IMG/VR virus record: IMGVR_UViG_3300002852_000041
Coordinates: 1 to 54,245 of that record
DNA: 54,245 nt
Reading direction: 5' to 3' (one strand)
DNA from: a virus
Taxonomy: Duplodnaviria > Caudoviricetes
Below, piece by piece: positions 53,025-54,245 of the stretch (positions within the stretch are counted from its first letter, which is position 1; each line of letters begins with the position of its first letter). A program made the position numbers and the translations under genes. The notes under the pieces are model-generated. The model was not told the DNA's origin. It did not search any database and was given only the letters and a program-made list of their open reading frames with translations.

Positions 53025-54245
53025 TTGGCATCTATCGAACAGAAAGACGATGCTGGCCTAAAGTGGCTATTGGTAGTCTCTGATGGATTCAATGGTAAAA
53101 AGAGGGTTAAAAGGAAAAAGATTTTTAGTGGAACTGAGAAACAGGCATTAAAAGCGGCAGTCCTTTTTGAAGATGAAGTGAAGAACGGTAAATACTGCCC
53201 AGCCAGTAAGGACTGCAAACTTTCTGAATTTGTGGATATGTGGATCAAGGATTATGGAGAAAAGAATCTGGCGCCTAAAACCTTGGCCCGGTACAAGGAA
53301 ATGCTGGACAGCAGGATTCTGCCCACTATCGGTCAACTGAAATTGGACAAGCTTAAGCCGATGGTTATTAACCGCCTCATAAATGACCTGGCTGACATGC
53401 CACGCAAAGATAAAAAGGAAGGTAAGCTTTCAGCCCAAACCATCAGGCATCATTACCGTTGCCTCTCTGCTATACTCCAGGATGCCGTAGACTGGGACGT
53501 AATTAAGGAAAACCCCTGTTCGCGCGTCACGCCTCCCAAGGTTAAAAAGGCCAAAGTAAAGGTCTATGATGAAGAGGAAACCAGTGCCTTTTTAACCGCC
53601 CTGGAGACGGCACCCCTGAAACACCGGACGCTTATATGGCTTGAGATAGCCACAGGCCTTCGTGAAGGGGAAATTATGGGCTTGGAGTGGATTGACATAG
53701 ATTTTAATAATAATAGCCTTAAGGTTGAGAGAGCCAGCCAATATTTACCGGGGAAAGGTGTATTTACAAAAGACCCTAAAACGGAAGAGAGCCAGCGCAC
53801 CTTGGCGCTGCCTAAAAATGTGATGGACTTGCTCAAGCAGCACAAAGCAAAGCTGGCTGAAAAAAAACTTAAGCTGGGCGATTTTAAAAACGGGGGGTTG
53901 TGGAAAGGATCGGATCGGCTTTTCGTGACCTGGGACGGACGTCCTGGGCACCCCACCTGGCCGGGGAAGTGGCTGGCAAAATTTCTGAAAGACAAAGAAC
54001 TGCCGCACTGCTCTTTTCATTCCCTGCGACACCTCAATGCTACTATGTCTATTGCGGCCGGCGTCCCGCTTAAAAACGTATCGGCTCGGCTGGGACATAG
54101 CGATATAGGGACCACTGCAAACATCTATGCCGAAGCCCTGAAAAGCGTGGACCGGGAGGCCGCTGAAAAAATGGGTAAGCTACTTGAGAATAAGCCGGAA
54201 GAAAAGGACGGCAGAGCCAAGAAAGTGAAACGCATACGCCGATGA
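53025..54245 (+). CDS. int: Tyrosine integrase
   Basis: TGLREGE (R), PKT (K), HSLRH, RLGHS, NIYA; N-terminal arm-binding and core-binding segments. Confidence 0.97.
   Translation: MASIEQKDDAGLKWLLVVSDGFNGKKRVKRKKIFSGTEKQALKAAVLFEDEVKNGKYCPASKDCKLSEFVDMWIKDYGEKNLAPKTLARYKEMLDSRILPTIGQLKLDKLKPMVINRLINDLADMPRKDKKEGKLSAQTIRHHYRCLSAILQDAVDWDVIKENPCSRVTPPKVKKAKVKVYDEEETSAFLTALETAPLKHRTLIWLEIATGLREGEIMGLEWIDIDFNNNSLKVERASQYLPGKGVFTKDPKTEESQRTLALPKNVMDLLKQHKAKLAEKKLKLGDFKNGGLWKGSDRLFVTWDGRPGHPTWPGKWLAKFLKDKELPHCSFHSLRHLNATMSIAAGVPLKNVSARLGHSDIGTTANIYAEALKSVDREAAEKMGKLLENKPEEKDGRAKKVKRIRR

Larger units (their letters stand above)
1..54245. mobile_element. Temperate siphovirus-like prophage (HK97-type head, probable cos packaging, non-contractile tail)
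   Basis: Full modular gene order: integrase, immunity, replication, packaging, head, tail, lysis, accessory genes. att cores are not visible and probably lie just outside the window. Confidence 0.95.

Noticed and set aside
1-54245. attL/attR core duplication, tRNA genes, arbitrium-type peptide signalling
   Set aside because: No terminal direct repeat, cloverleaf or TPR receptor/peptide pair was found by eye; the window ends at the integrase stop

Overview
The window is an apparently complete temperate siphovirus-type prophage (about 54 kb). RBS and promoter style, Spo0A boxes and gene content suggest a spore-forming Firmicute host (Clostridia-like; inferred). Right to left it carries: tyrosine integrase, CI-like repressor and divergent Cro/Xis; a long minus-strand early region (SMC-like ATPase, HD protein, Sak4-like recombinase, SSB, SF2 helicase, ASCH, MT-A70 methylase, dCMP deaminase, DUF1643, PAPS-reductase family, primase-helicase with an iteron-rich origin, RusA); late activator; HNH/cos/terminase; HK97-type head with an inserted Asp-box (BNR) propeller gene; non-contractile tail with a -1 frameshift chaperone; lysis cassette; and an 8-kb accessory arm. 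The most notable observations are: (i) an FtsK/SpoIIIE + replication-relaxation + SpoIIIAC-like membrane-protein operon with a sigmaE-like promoter, a 12-bp-periodic repeat and nearby Spo0A boxes, a candidate sporulation-coupled DNA-translocation system; (ii) a two-hairpin RNA motif duplicated 12.5 kb apart, each copy abutting an unrelated intrinsic terminator; (iii) shared short boundary motifs around AT-rich single-gene cassettes; (iv) an XRE-Zn-peptidase two-gene TA/defence-like locus and an unannotated type I TA-like locus. All family assignments come from motif recognition by eye; no database search or computation was run.
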